Positions 29,417 through 37,235 of a stretch of 64,000 nucleotides of DNA are shown in pieces (within the stretch, counting starts at the first letter, position 1; every line of letters begins with the position of its first letter). The notes beneath the pieces were generated by a model. It was not told the origin of the DNA. It did no database searches and was given only the letters and a program-made list of their open reading frames with translations. Position numbers and translations under genes: made by a program. This DNA is from an uncultured Bacteroidales bacterium (GTDB lineage Bacteria; Bacteroidota; Bacteroidia; Bacteroidales; JAIOZK01): contig CAYXUU010000001.1 in assembly GCA_964468645.1 (NCBI GenBank), forward strand, positions 79,857-143,856, written 5' to 3'.

Positions 29417-30385
29417 TTATTTTTTAAAAATTCGTAACGATGCATGAGTTAAAATTCCCAGAATCACAAGCGCAAAAATCACTACACTTACAAGATTCAT
29501 GTAGTAGTTTCTATTTGCACCTATTACAAAAGATTCCTGAAGAATGGATGCATTGAAGAATCCAGCCTTATTTCTTTTTTCCTTTGCCCTGAACTTATAT
29601 AAGGAAGCCATAAGCAATGAATTGCTTGAATGACATTCAACACATGCCTGAACCGCTTTGTCCTTGGGCTGAATGTTATGGGCGACAAGGATGTCATCCT
29701 GTATCTTTGCATGACATTCGATACATCGGACATTTCTGAAATGCAGTACCTGATTGGGCAACCAGTCATGTTTGTCGATGATGTTTGGATTTTCAGCATC
29801 CGTCAGCAGCTGGTATTTTTCTATATTGGCATGGCAGGTCAGACAAATCTCATTATCATAAGTGATAATTTCGTGAATATCCAGATTGGTACGCGCATTG
29901 ATATGATAAGTATGCGGATCGTGACACATCCAGCAGGTGAAGTCCTCACTATGCCTTGATGAATGAACACTTTCAAGGAATTCTTCATCAATTCTTTCAA
30001 AATGATATTCTGCGTAGTTATCATCCCCTTCATGACAGTCAAGACAGGTATATTTATATTCCATTCTCAATTCCCATGCATGTGGAAATTCAGTATATTC
30101 TTCTGAATGGCAATCGGTACAACGAAAATTTTTATGATTGGAAATATAAAAAAGTGCAGAGTCAACATAATGATAGGGATTCATATTTGCTTTCTGCATA
30201 CGCTCGGTCCAATCGTTATAAAAATAATATTTGGTTTTTGAATGGCACTTCATGCATTGTTCATTTTCATCCAGATAAGTTGGTGATTCAGGTTCATCCT
30301 GGCTATAGCCTGAAATATATAAATGAACAAAGACTATAATCAGTACCAGGTTAATAATGTTAGATTTTTCTCGCCTGATATTCAT
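29417..30385 (-). CDS. heptahaem c-type cytochrome with N-terminal signal/anchor and C-terminal TM helix
   Basis: 322 aa with seven CxxCH motifs: CMKCH, CTDCH, CLDCH, CWMCH, CLTCH, CIECH, CVECH. C-terminal helix LVSVVIFALVILGILTHASL. Confidence 0.85.
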   Translation of the reverse strand: MNIRREKSNIINLVLIIVFVHLYISGYSQDEPESPTYLDENEQCMKCHSKTKYYFYNDWTERMQKANMNPYHYVDSALFYISNHKNFRCTDCHSEEYTEFPHAWELRMEYKYTCLDCHEGDDNYAEYHFERIDEEFLESVHSSRHSEDFTCWMCHDPHTYHINARTNLDIHEIITYDNEICLTCHANIEKYQLLTDAENPNIIDKHDWLPNQVLHFRNVRCIECHAKIQDDILVAHNIQPKDKAVQACVECHSSNSLLMASLYKFRAKEKRNKAGFFNASILQESFVIGANRNYYMNLVSVVIFALVILGILTHASLRIFKK

Positions 30386-30400
30386 AGTGAATGAATTTAA

Positions 30401-30437
30401 AATAAAAAAGGGTGTAAGATGAAAATCTTACACCCTT
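30401..30437 (-). terminator. rho-independent terminator after the monohaem cytochrome gene
   Basis: Perfect 12-bp stem AAGGGTGTAAGA / TCTTACACCCTT (30408-19 / 30426-37). On the minus strand it is followed by a T-run (the forward A-run at 30404-30409). Confidence 0.7.
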
Positions 30438-30451
30438 TGTATTATACAATA

Positions 30452-30865
30452 TTATTTGGCGAATGTTCGCATATAATTTACAACTGCCCACTGATCTTCT
30501 TCATCAGGGATTTTTTTCTCGAATCCCGGCATTTCGTCCCTTCCGATGAAGGTTTTATACCAGAGGGCACCATCGGTTTGTTCCTGGAATGCCTCAGTGG
30601 AAAAATCACCCGAAAAGGTTTCCAGTTGTTTGGCTTTAGGGCCGTCTCCAAGTCCGCCACCACCATGACATGATTTGCAATGTTTTGCCCACATCATCTT
30701 CCCGATCTTTTTAAGACTGGCATCATCCTTATAAGGGTTTTTCATTTTCAGATACTTTGAAGGAACTTCCCAGGGTGCAGGCTGATCCTGTGGTGTTATG
30801 AAAGCCACCAGAAGAAAACTTCCGAGTACAACCACAACTAATATTATTACATTCACTGATTTCAT
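30452..30865 (-). CDS. membrane-anchored monohaem class-I c-type cytochrome
   Basis: 137 aa. N-terminal TM helix, CKSCH, and a distal Met context (GRDEMPGF). Confidence 0.8.
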   Translation of the reverse strand: MKSVNVIILVVVVLGSFLLVAFITPQDQPAPWEVPSKYLKMKNPYKDDASLKKIGKMMWAKHCKSCHGGGGLGDGPKAKQLETFSGDFSTEAFQEQTDGALWYKTFIGRDEMPGFEKKIPDEEDQWAVVNYMRTFAK

Positions 30866-30903
30866 AATTACTCCTATTTTAAGTTAAACATTCGATTTAT
30901 TAT

Positions 30904-31773
30904 TTAAAAGGACCAGAGTCGGGTTATATTAAATCCGAATATAAGATCACTTATCTTCGTCCAGTCATTCTGATTATATATCACGTTGTACTGTGGAACA
31001 AGCGACTTGGCTGTTCCGATGAATATTTGAAAAGCATGTGTACTTGTTGAGATCTCCCAGCCAATGGCAAAATTTGCTTTGGGTTTGTAATCATCATTGT
31101 CTGTCTGGTATGAGCCCTTTATATCAAGCGGAAGGTCGTACGTTAAAACAATGGAAGACTGACCGCTGATCTTTGCCCTTACTGCAAAGGATAATGCCCA
31201 TTTATCATGCTTGTAGTTAGAATCGACAGCATTGATATGTGACCAGCTTGGAGCGATCTGAACTGTAAATGCATTACTGATTTTACGGGCTATGATCACC
31301 TGTGCGAAATACGACAAGCGGTTTGAGAATTTGTAATTTACCCCAAATATATCTTCATTCCTGGCATCAATAGCCATGTTGCCATAAGCAGTAACGGCAA
31401 CAGGGATGATGTTTTTCCGGGTTTGCTCAAGGATATTATATTTTACCCTGAAATCCTGCAGTTTATTATCTTTGGTAGTACCTACACCAACCATGAGTTT
31501 GTTTGTTACACTATAATTCAATCCAAGCCTTATATTTGAAGGAGCATAGATCCCCCAAAGATCGCTGATACCCTCGCTTACATCACCAAAACGGTGTTCA
31601 ATAATAAATTCAAGTGTATTCTTTACAGGGATAAAAACTGTTTGATTATCGATCAAGATACCGGATTCAAAAGGTGCACGGACAGGTTTGTCTTTTTTCT
31701 TATTTTCTTCCTGGGCATATAAAGTACCTATACAGAAGGCAAAAACCAATATTATTGTTGTTATTCTTTTCAT
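30904..31773 (-). CDS. DUF5777-like outer-membrane beta-barrel protein (paralog of 8508..9410)
   Basis: 289 aa with a signal peptide and beta-strand periodicity. Terminal ...FGFNITRLWSF. Aligns with 8508..9410 along its length. Confidence 0.6.
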   Translation of the reverse strand: MKRITTIILVFAFCIGTLYAQEENKKKDKPVRAPFESGILIDNQTVFIPVKNTLEFIIEHRFGDVSEGISDLWGIYAPSNIRLGLNYSVTNKLMVGVGTTKDNKLQDFRVKYNILEQTRKNIIPVAVTAYGNMAIDARNEDIFGVNYKFSNRLSYFAQVIIARKISNAFTVQIAPSWSHINAVDSNYKHDKWALSFAVRAKISGQSSIVLTYDLPLDIKGSYQTDNDDYKPKANFAIGWEISTSTHAFQIFIGTAKSLVPQYNVIYNQNDWTKISDLIFGFNITRLWSF

Positions 31774-31797
31774 CGCAATTTCATTTTAATGATACCA

Positions 31798-32178
31798 TCA
31801 GTTATTTAATGCACCTTGTTGTATCCATCCAAGTAGCCGGCCTGCCTGGTTAATATCATATTCTGCCGCATGGCCTCCACCAGGAAAAGGTTTGGTATAA
31901 ATAATACTCTCAGCCGGTGTTGTAAGGTTAACAAGATCATTATCCATAATGCTTTGATAAGCTTTATCGGCGCGTAGATCTGGAGCAATGGTGCCGTTAT
32001 GGCACTGCGTACAATTTTGAGTGCCAAAGATCGGAGCGATCTCAGTTGCAAAACTGATCGTATCTTCCGGATCTGGTGGCACCGGTTTAAACGGTTCGAT
32101 AAACTCATATTCACAGGCATATAAAAATAATATCCCTGCCAGCATAAGTAATAGGTTTTTAATCTTTTGCATAATCAT
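31798..32178 (-). CDS. small lipoprotein with a single CxxCH motif (paralog of 7060..7446)
   Basis: 126 aa. Lipobox-like FLYAC, then CTQCH. The C-terminal GWIQQGALNN is matched by KWIEEGTPNN in the paralog. Confidence 0.65.
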   Translation of the reverse strand: MIMQKIKNLLLMLAGILFLYACEYEFIEPFKPVPPDPEDTISFATEIAPIFGTQNCTQCHNGTIAPDLRADKAYQSIMDNDLVNLTTPAESIIYTKPFPGGGHAAEYDINQAGRLLGWIQQGALNN

Positions 32179-32210
32179 CCTTTCTTTTAATTTCTTGTTT
32201 CCAAAATATT

Positions 32211-32248
32211 AAAAAAGGCTTCAAATTGTGAAAAAGAAGCCTTTTTTA
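32211..32248 (-). terminator. A/T-flanked hairpin after the hexahaem gene (could act on either strand)
   Basis: AAAAAAGGCTTC ...13 nt... GAAGCCTTTTTT. Located 21 nt after the hexahaem stop. Confidence 0.6.
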
Positions 32249-32268
32249 GATTTATTGTTTCACGTAGT

Positions 32269-33336
32269 TTAATTAGCAAGTAATGCCGCTATGGTGTTTT
32301 CAAGGATTTTCTTTGCATAAGTTGGGTTGTGAACACCACCACTTCTGTCTTCCAGAACAAATTTGTAGTTGACTACGGCTCCCGCCTGGTCGGCAGTCAG
32401 GGTTTGAGGAACAATTACATAATGATCTTCGTCAAGCACACCCTGATCCATTAAAATCTGGTTAAGTTCATCGAGTAACATATTGATTTCAGCTTGTGTT
32501 TCTTCTACAATTGTTTCAATACCATCTGGATGACATGCAACGCAGCCAGCTTCATTAATTACCATTCCGCCATGATATTCATAAGCTACACCGAATGTAT
32601 GATTACCGGCCTGTGCTCCATAAGCAGTTGCCATATGACAGGTAACACATCCATTCTCAACCATGGTTGAGTGAAGTGAATTGGAATAGCCCGATCCAAC
32701 TTCATAACCACCAGCTCCAACAAACATATTGGCAACCGGTCCGTGATGCATTCCGTAACGTTTGTTCGTTATCTCCAGGTCGTCGCCACCTACAACGGGC
32801 ACAGGAGAAACTACACGAGCCTGATGGCAATTAGCACATATATTTGATTTACCCATGTCGTACATAGCATCGGCATCACCTGCATACCATAATTCAACAG
32901 GATCACTGTACGTGAAGTCCCAGTCTGCTGTTGTATAGGTTTCATGAATTTTGTGACAGGTGTAACAGTTAATCGGATTAGGATTGTTTATAGCTTCGGT
33001 TGTTACCTCTTCACCTGTTGCCATTCTTTCCAGGAAACCCTGGCTGGTATGGCATGGTGCACATGATGTACCATTCCGTTCATAGTTTCCTCCGGTAGCA
33101 TGGGTTGAATGCTCCCACTGGTTTACAAAGGCAAACATTGTCTGGTCATCATTATGGCATACGTGACAAACAGCTGTACCGTCTTCACCATTAATGCCAT
33201 TCTCACCATTTGTACCATCGGCACCATCGGCACCATCGGCGCCTGCCGGGCCTGCAGGGCCTTCACAGCTGGAAATCACAAATACTGCAGCTACTGCTAG
33301 TAGCGTCAGAAACGAAAATAATGTAAACTTTTTCAT
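32269..33336 (-). CDS. hexahaem c-type cytochrome lipoprotein with N-terminal collagen-like Gly-X-Y stretch
   Basis: 355 aa. Lipobox VISSC, then nine Gly-X-Y triplets (GPAGPAGADGADGADGTNGENGINGEDG). Six CxxCH motifs: CHVCH, CAPCH, CYTCH, CANCH, CVTCH, CVACH. Long C-terminal helical segment ...RSGGVHNPTYAKKILENTIAALLAN. Confidence 0.85.
   Translation of the reverse strand: MKKFTLFSFLTLLAVAAVFVISSCEGPAGPAGADGADGADGTNGENGINGEDGTAVCHVCHNDDQTMFAFVNQWEHSTHATGGNYERNGTSCAPCHTSQGFLERMATGEEVTTEAINNPNPINCYTCHKIHETYTTADWDFTYSDPVELWYAGDADAMYDMGKSNICANCHQARVVSPVPVVGGDDLEITNKRYGMHHGPVANMFVGAGGYEVGSGYSNSLHSTMVENGCVTCHMATAYGAQAGNHTFGVAYEYHGGMVINEAGCVACHPDGIETIVEETQAEINMLLDELNQILMDQGVLDEDHYVIVPQTLTADQAGAVVNYKFVLEDRSGGVHNPTYAKKILENTIAALLAN
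33214..33240. repeat. perfect 3 x 9-bp tandem repeat (ACCATCGGC) inside the hexahaem gene
   Basis: Read directly. It encodes (ADG)x3 of the Gly-X-Y stretch on the minus strand. Degenerate copies flank it (the Gly-X-Y coding tract spans roughly 33175-33261). Confidence 0.9.
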
Positions 33337-33424
33337 AATTTTTTGATATTTAGTTTGAACTTTTCTTTCTCAGAAATCACCTTAACAATATTATTAAATT
33401 TTAATCCCGGAGAGCATTGAAAAA

Positions 33425-33451
33425 CAATGATTTGCCCCCGCACAATCATTG
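33425..33451. promoter_or_regulatory. inverted repeat CAATGATT-N11-AATCATTG in the divergent control region
   Basis: Perfect 8-bp arms read from the sequence, located between the hexahaem gene and the Crp/Fnr gene. Confidence 0.4.
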
Positions 33452-33470
33452 AATAAATTACATGAAGGGA

Positions 33471-33484
33471 TTGACATATGTCAT
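33471..33484. promoter_or_regulatory. FNR/FixK-like box TTGAC-ATAT-GTCAT (core TGACATATGTCA is a perfect 12-bp palindrome)
   Basis: Resembles the TTGA(T/C)-N4-(A/G)TCAA operator class of Crp/Fnr regulators. It lies 135 nt upstream of the hexahaem ATG and about 100 nt upstream of the regulator ATG. A second palindrome, TGATTCAAATCA, is at 33493-33504. Confidence 0.45.
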
Positions 33485-33536
33485 TGAGTTTGTGATTCAA
33501 ATCAATTTTAAGTATCTTTACTTATTATTTATTGTT

Positions 33537-33544
33537 TATATTTG
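33537..33544 (+). promoter_or_regulatory. candidate -7 promoter box (TATATTTG) for the Crp/Fnr gene
   Basis: Exact TAnnTTTG match 43 nt upstream of the ATG at 33587. Confidence 0.4.
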
Positions 33545-33586
33545 GCAGCATGAAAATTACTAAGGCAAAGACTAACAGCTAATTAT

Positions 33587-34282
33587 ATGCCAGAAGTATC
33601 AAAAGATCTAAAATGTAGAAATTGTTGTTTCAAGCAGAATATTTTTACGCTGTTAACTGATGATGAACTGGAGTTAATAAACAAAGACAGGTACGAAGTA
33701 AGGTTTAAAGCCGGGGAAACAATCTTTAAACAGGGGGCAGCTTTAACCCATATCGCCTGTGTTACTTCAGGATTCGCGAAAATTTATATAGAAGGCCTGG
33801 TTGACAAAAACCTGATCATTAAAATACTGAAATCCAACGAGATGGTTGGCGGCCCTGGAATGTACACCGACTTTAAGCTTCATTATACTGTTTCCGCTCT
33901 TACCGATGTTACTTCCTGTTTTATTGACATTAACCTGTTTAAGGAAGTTGTTTCAAACAATGCCGGTTTTGCCCTGGAAATTCTGGCACACACCAATACA
34001 CAGGGGATTAAGAATTTCCACAAATTCATTAACCTAACCCAGAAACACATGCATGGCAGGGTTGCCGATGCTATATTTTATCTTGCCGATGCGGTGCATG
34101 AAAGTGATGAATTTGAAACACCCATATCACGACAGGACCTGGCAGAAATGACCGCCATGACTAAAGAAAGCGCCATCAGGATACTGAAGGATCTGAAAGA
34201 CGGCAAGGTGATTCATGTAGAAGGAAACAATTTCAAAATCCTTGACCGGGAGGCCCTGATGAAGATTAGTAAAACTGGTTGA
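33587..34282 (+). CDS. Crp/Fnr-family transcriptional regulator with N-terminal Cys motif
   Basis: 231 aa. N-terminal CRNCC, a cNMP-binding-like beta-roll (FKAGETIFKQG...GGPGMY), and a C-terminal HTH (ISRQDLAEMTAMTKESAIRILKDLKDGKVI). Confidence 0.8.
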   Translation: MPEVSKDLKCRNCCFKQNIFTLLTDDELELINKDRYEVRFKAGETIFKQGAALTHIACVTSGFAKIYIEGLVDKNLIIKILKSNEMVGGPGMYTDFKLHYTVSALTDVTSCFIDINLFKEVVSNNAGFALEILAHTNTQGIKNFHKFINLTQKHMHGRVADAIFYLADAVHESDEFETPISRQDLAEMTAMTKESAIRILKDLKDGKVIHVEGNNFKILDREALMKISKTG

Positions 34283-34434
34283 TGGCAAGGGGTAAAGAGA
34301 ACAGGGTTCAGAGCACAGAGAAATACCGACTTAACAGACCTAAGCGACTAAAGCGACTTTAGCGAAAAGTCCTAATATTACATATCCACAATTTTTCAGA
34401 AATACTATAGTTCATTTTAGCTAATTTTGTTTTG

Positions 34435-35955
34435 ATGAGATTTAAAACAAGAGTGGTATATATTGGTGATATTCCTTTGGGTGGAAGTAATCCTGTTCGT
34501 ATCCAATCGATGACATCAACCGATACAATGGATACAAAGGCAACAGTCGAGCAATCGATAAGGATGATAGAAGCTGGTTGTGAATATGTGAGGATTACTG
34601 CACCTTCAGTTCAGGCCGCAGAGAATCTCAGGAACATTAAAAAGAAACTCCGTGTTGCCGGATACGGAACCCCGCTGATCGCGGATATTCATTTCAATCC
34701 AAAAGTTGCAGAAATTGCCGCACGGATTGTTGAAAAAGTTAGGATCAATCCGGGAAATTATGTTGACAGAAAATCAGGAAAACCAATCCCGGAATCTGAG
34801 TATGACCTTGAACTTGAAAGAATCAGTGAACGTTTATATCCTCTGCTAAAAATTTGTCTGGATCACGGAACAACAATCAGAATTGGTGTAAACCACGGAT
34901 CATTATCTGAAAGAACCTTAAACCGTTATGGCAATACACCTGAAGGCATGGTTGAATCGGCCCTTGAATTTGCACGAATCTGTTCAGGGAATAATTTTCA
35001 TAATCTTGTATTATCACTGAAATCGAGTAATACGAGGGTGATGATTGAAGCAAACAGATTATTGGTTAAAAGTATGCTGAAGGAAAACATGAATTATCCG
35101 GTTCACCTTGGAGTTACAGAAGCCGGAGATGCTGAGGATGGCCGTATCAAATCTGCTGCTGGAATCGGAACCCTGTTAAAAGATGGAATAGGCGATACCA
35201 TCAGGGTATCACTTACTGAAGATCCGGAATTCGAAATCCCTGTAGCAAAACTTATTATAGGTTACCGTGAAGGCAAAAAGCAGGCAAAGGAAATTAAGCA
35301 ATACCACCTCAAAAACTATAAATCCCTGAAGCATCCGCTGGTAATATCAAGTGCTGAGGATGAAAAGGCAGACCTGATTGTAACGGATGCACAGGCTAAA
35401 GATGAAGGAAGCTATTTTTTTGTTCCCATCGAAGGGGAGGCAAGAAAAGGAACATTAAATAATCCTGTCATTAATAAAGCCGAATATAAAAATATTGAAT
35501 ATGAAGATTTCCTGATCAATACATCCATTGATTACGCCGATGATCTATTGCGTGGCCATTGCCAGGGAATCTGGATAGATACAGATAAATCAATCACAAG
35601 CGATCTGGCTGTACAAACTGCATTTGATATTCTGCAGGCAACAGGTCTCAGGATCTCAAAGACAGAATTTATTGCCTGCCCTTCATGCGGAAGGACACTG
35701 TTCAATATCCAGGAAGTTCTGGCAAAAGTAAAGGAAAGAACAGAACACCTGAAAGGTTTAAAGATAGCTGTAATGGGCTGCATTGTGAATGGCCCCGGCG
35801 AAATGGCCGATGCCCATTATGGTTATGTTGGCGCTGCAAAGGGGATGGTTAACCTTTATAAAGGTAAGCAAGTAAGAAAAAGAAATGTGCCGGAAGAGCA
35901 TGCCTTGGATGAACTGGTGGCTTTAATTAAGGAATGTGGGGATTGGCGGGAATAA
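34435..35955 (+). CDS. ispG: 4-hydroxy-3-methylbut-2-enyl diphosphate synthase (long form with insert domain)
   Basis: N-terminal TIM domain (VRIQSMTSTDT..., RINPGNY, GVNHGSL) and a C-terminal FeS domain (ACPSCGRT...GCIVNGPGE). The ATG at 34435 is preferred over the tracked TTG at 34432. Confidence 0.9.
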   Translation: MRFKTRVVYIGDIPLGGSNPVRIQSMTSTDTMDTKATVEQSIRMIEAGCEYVRITAPSVQAAENLRNIKKKLRVAGYGTPLIADIHFNPKVAEIAARIVEKVRINPGNYVDRKSGKPIPESEYDLELERISERLYPLLKICLDHGTTIRIGVNHGSLSERTLNRYGNTPEGMVESALEFARICSGNNFHNLVLSLKSSNTRVMIEANRLLVKSMLKENMNYPVHLGVTEAGDAEDGRIKSAAGIGTLLKDGIGDTIRVSLTEDPEFEIPVAKLIIGYREGKKQAKEIKQYHLKNYKSLKHPLVISSAEDEKADLIVTDAQAKDEGSYFFVPIEGEARKGTLNNPVINKAEYKNIEYEDFLINTSIDYADDLLRGHCQGIWIDTDKSITSDLAVQTAFDILQATGLRISKTEFIACPSCGRTLFNIQEVLAKVKERTEHLKGLKIAVMGCIVNGPGEMADAHYGYVGAAKGMVNLYKGKQVRKRNVPEEHALDELVALIKECGDWRE

Positions 35956-36043
35956 TTGTTTATTGTCGATATGCGATCTGGCGATTTTCGATGTAATGGT
36001 CGATTGATGACGAAAGTCGAACAACGACAATTGACCAATCTTA

Positions 36044-36601
36044 CTACCTATCCTTTAGTTTATATTTTTCGATTTTATCTTTTTGTTTATGGTACTTATT
36101 TAGATCCCCCTTGATATTGAATACAATAATAGGGGATCCAAAATATGTACCTAATACAGCTCCCGGGATCATAAGGGCTGTTCCATATATAAAGGCAGTT
36201 GCACCAGGGGACATTGATAACAAGCCCCCATGAGGTGATTTAACTGTAACAAATCCAATTATTGCTCCAACGGAAAAGCCGATAAGCCCACCCACTATTG
36301 CACCCATAGAAGCACTTCCTTTCCTTCTGAAAGATAATTGTTCAATCTTCATTGCAGGTATATATGATTGTTCAACCAGATTAAAATTTGTATGATGATC
36401 AAAGGTTTTAAAAACCACTATTGAAGAATCATCAACCTTAAATAACAATCCCTGATAATCAAACGGTTCTGTGTTGGTTTTGACCCAGGTTTTATAGATT
36501 TTAGGGATCTTTAAAGAGTCTGGTTTTTTCAATTGGGCAAATATTAATAATGAAATAAGCATAAAAATAACCAGAAGCAGGATTCTTGTTTTCATTTGCA
36601 A
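36044..36601 (-). CDS. hypothetical membrane protein with Gly-zipper-like C-terminal region
   Basis: 185 aa with a signal/anchor sequence and GAIVGGLIGFSVGAIIGF. Confidence 0.5.
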   Translation of the reverse strand: MQMKTRILLLVIFMLISLLIFAQLKKPDSLKIPKIYKTWVKTNTEPFDYQGLLFKVDDSSIVVFKTFDHHTNFNLVEQSYIPAMKIEQLSFRRKGSASMGAIVGGLIGFSVGAIIGFVTVKSPHGGLLSMSPGATAFIYGTALMIPGAVLGTYFGSPIIVFNIKGDLNKYHKQKDKIEKYKLKDR

Positions 36602-36782
36602 TGCTTTAAGTGTAAAAGGATTATCTTCAAATATATGAAATCAAACAATTTATGACAAGGTTATTCGTCTTTAATTCGTGCATCCGTGGCAAAAAAACAC
36701 AGCCAGGGATGCAAAAATGAACGTTGCGATCTTTACAATATTTCAGGAATTTCTGCAAGCGAATGAACCGATCAATATGGTT

Positions 36783-37235
36783 TCAATATCTAGGGGTGTC
36801 CCTGGTTTCAATATAAAAAGCCTCTACACCGATCTCTTTCATTTGTTTTTGGATATTTACCCATCTTAACCGAAGATGTTTATCAAAACCGGTATGATCA
36901 CATGGAAATTCTGAACATTGAAAACAGAAGTCAACTTTTTTATCAATACAGCAATCCTTGACCTTACACCCTTTAAATATCTTGCAATTTTCTTTTCGGC
37001 ACCCATTGCATTCAACGGATGTCAGATGATCTAAGAATGCTTTAAAATCAGGATATTTGTCATAGATGGGCATATTTAGCAACACGGCAAAACGTTTTGC
37101 ATAAACATCGAAATTACCAAGGTATTTTTTTAGCTCAGTGCTGTGATGTTTGATCTTTCCATCGGTACAGGCAGCACATTGCTCACAGCTTAATCCGCAA
37201 GGACCCAGCTTGTCGAGTATATCTTTATATTTCAT
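36783..37235 (-). CDS. DUF3795-like Cys-rich protein
   Basis: 150 aa. N-terminal CGLSCEQCAAC, then ECNGCR, C..FKGCKVKDCC, and FCFQCSEFPC. Confidence 0.65.
   Translation of the reverse strand: MKYKDILDKLGPCGLSCEQCAACTDGKIKHHSTELKKYLGNFDVYAKRFAVLLNMPIYDKYPDFKAFLDHLTSVECNGCRKENCKIFKGCKVKDCCIDKKVDFCFQCSEFPCDHTGFDKHLRLRWVNIQKQMKEIGVEAFYIETRDTPRY

Noticed and set aside
33550-33582. A 10-codon upstream ORF (MKITKAKTNS) ahead of the Crp/Fnr gene as a leader peptide.
   Set aside because: It is too short and has no supporting structure or conservation that I can assess. It lies downstream of the candidate -7 box, so it may simply be 5' UTR.
25441-34282. The cytochrome island as a mobile genomic island.
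   Set aside because: There are no integrase, transposase, tRNA attachment site or direct-repeat boundaries in the window. Only the adjacent decay zone hints at rearrangement.
34435-35955. The large insertion in IspG relative to the E. coli-type enzyme.
   Set aside because: The long three-domain form is the normal IspG architecture in Bacteroidota, Chlamydiae and plastids. It is not novel.
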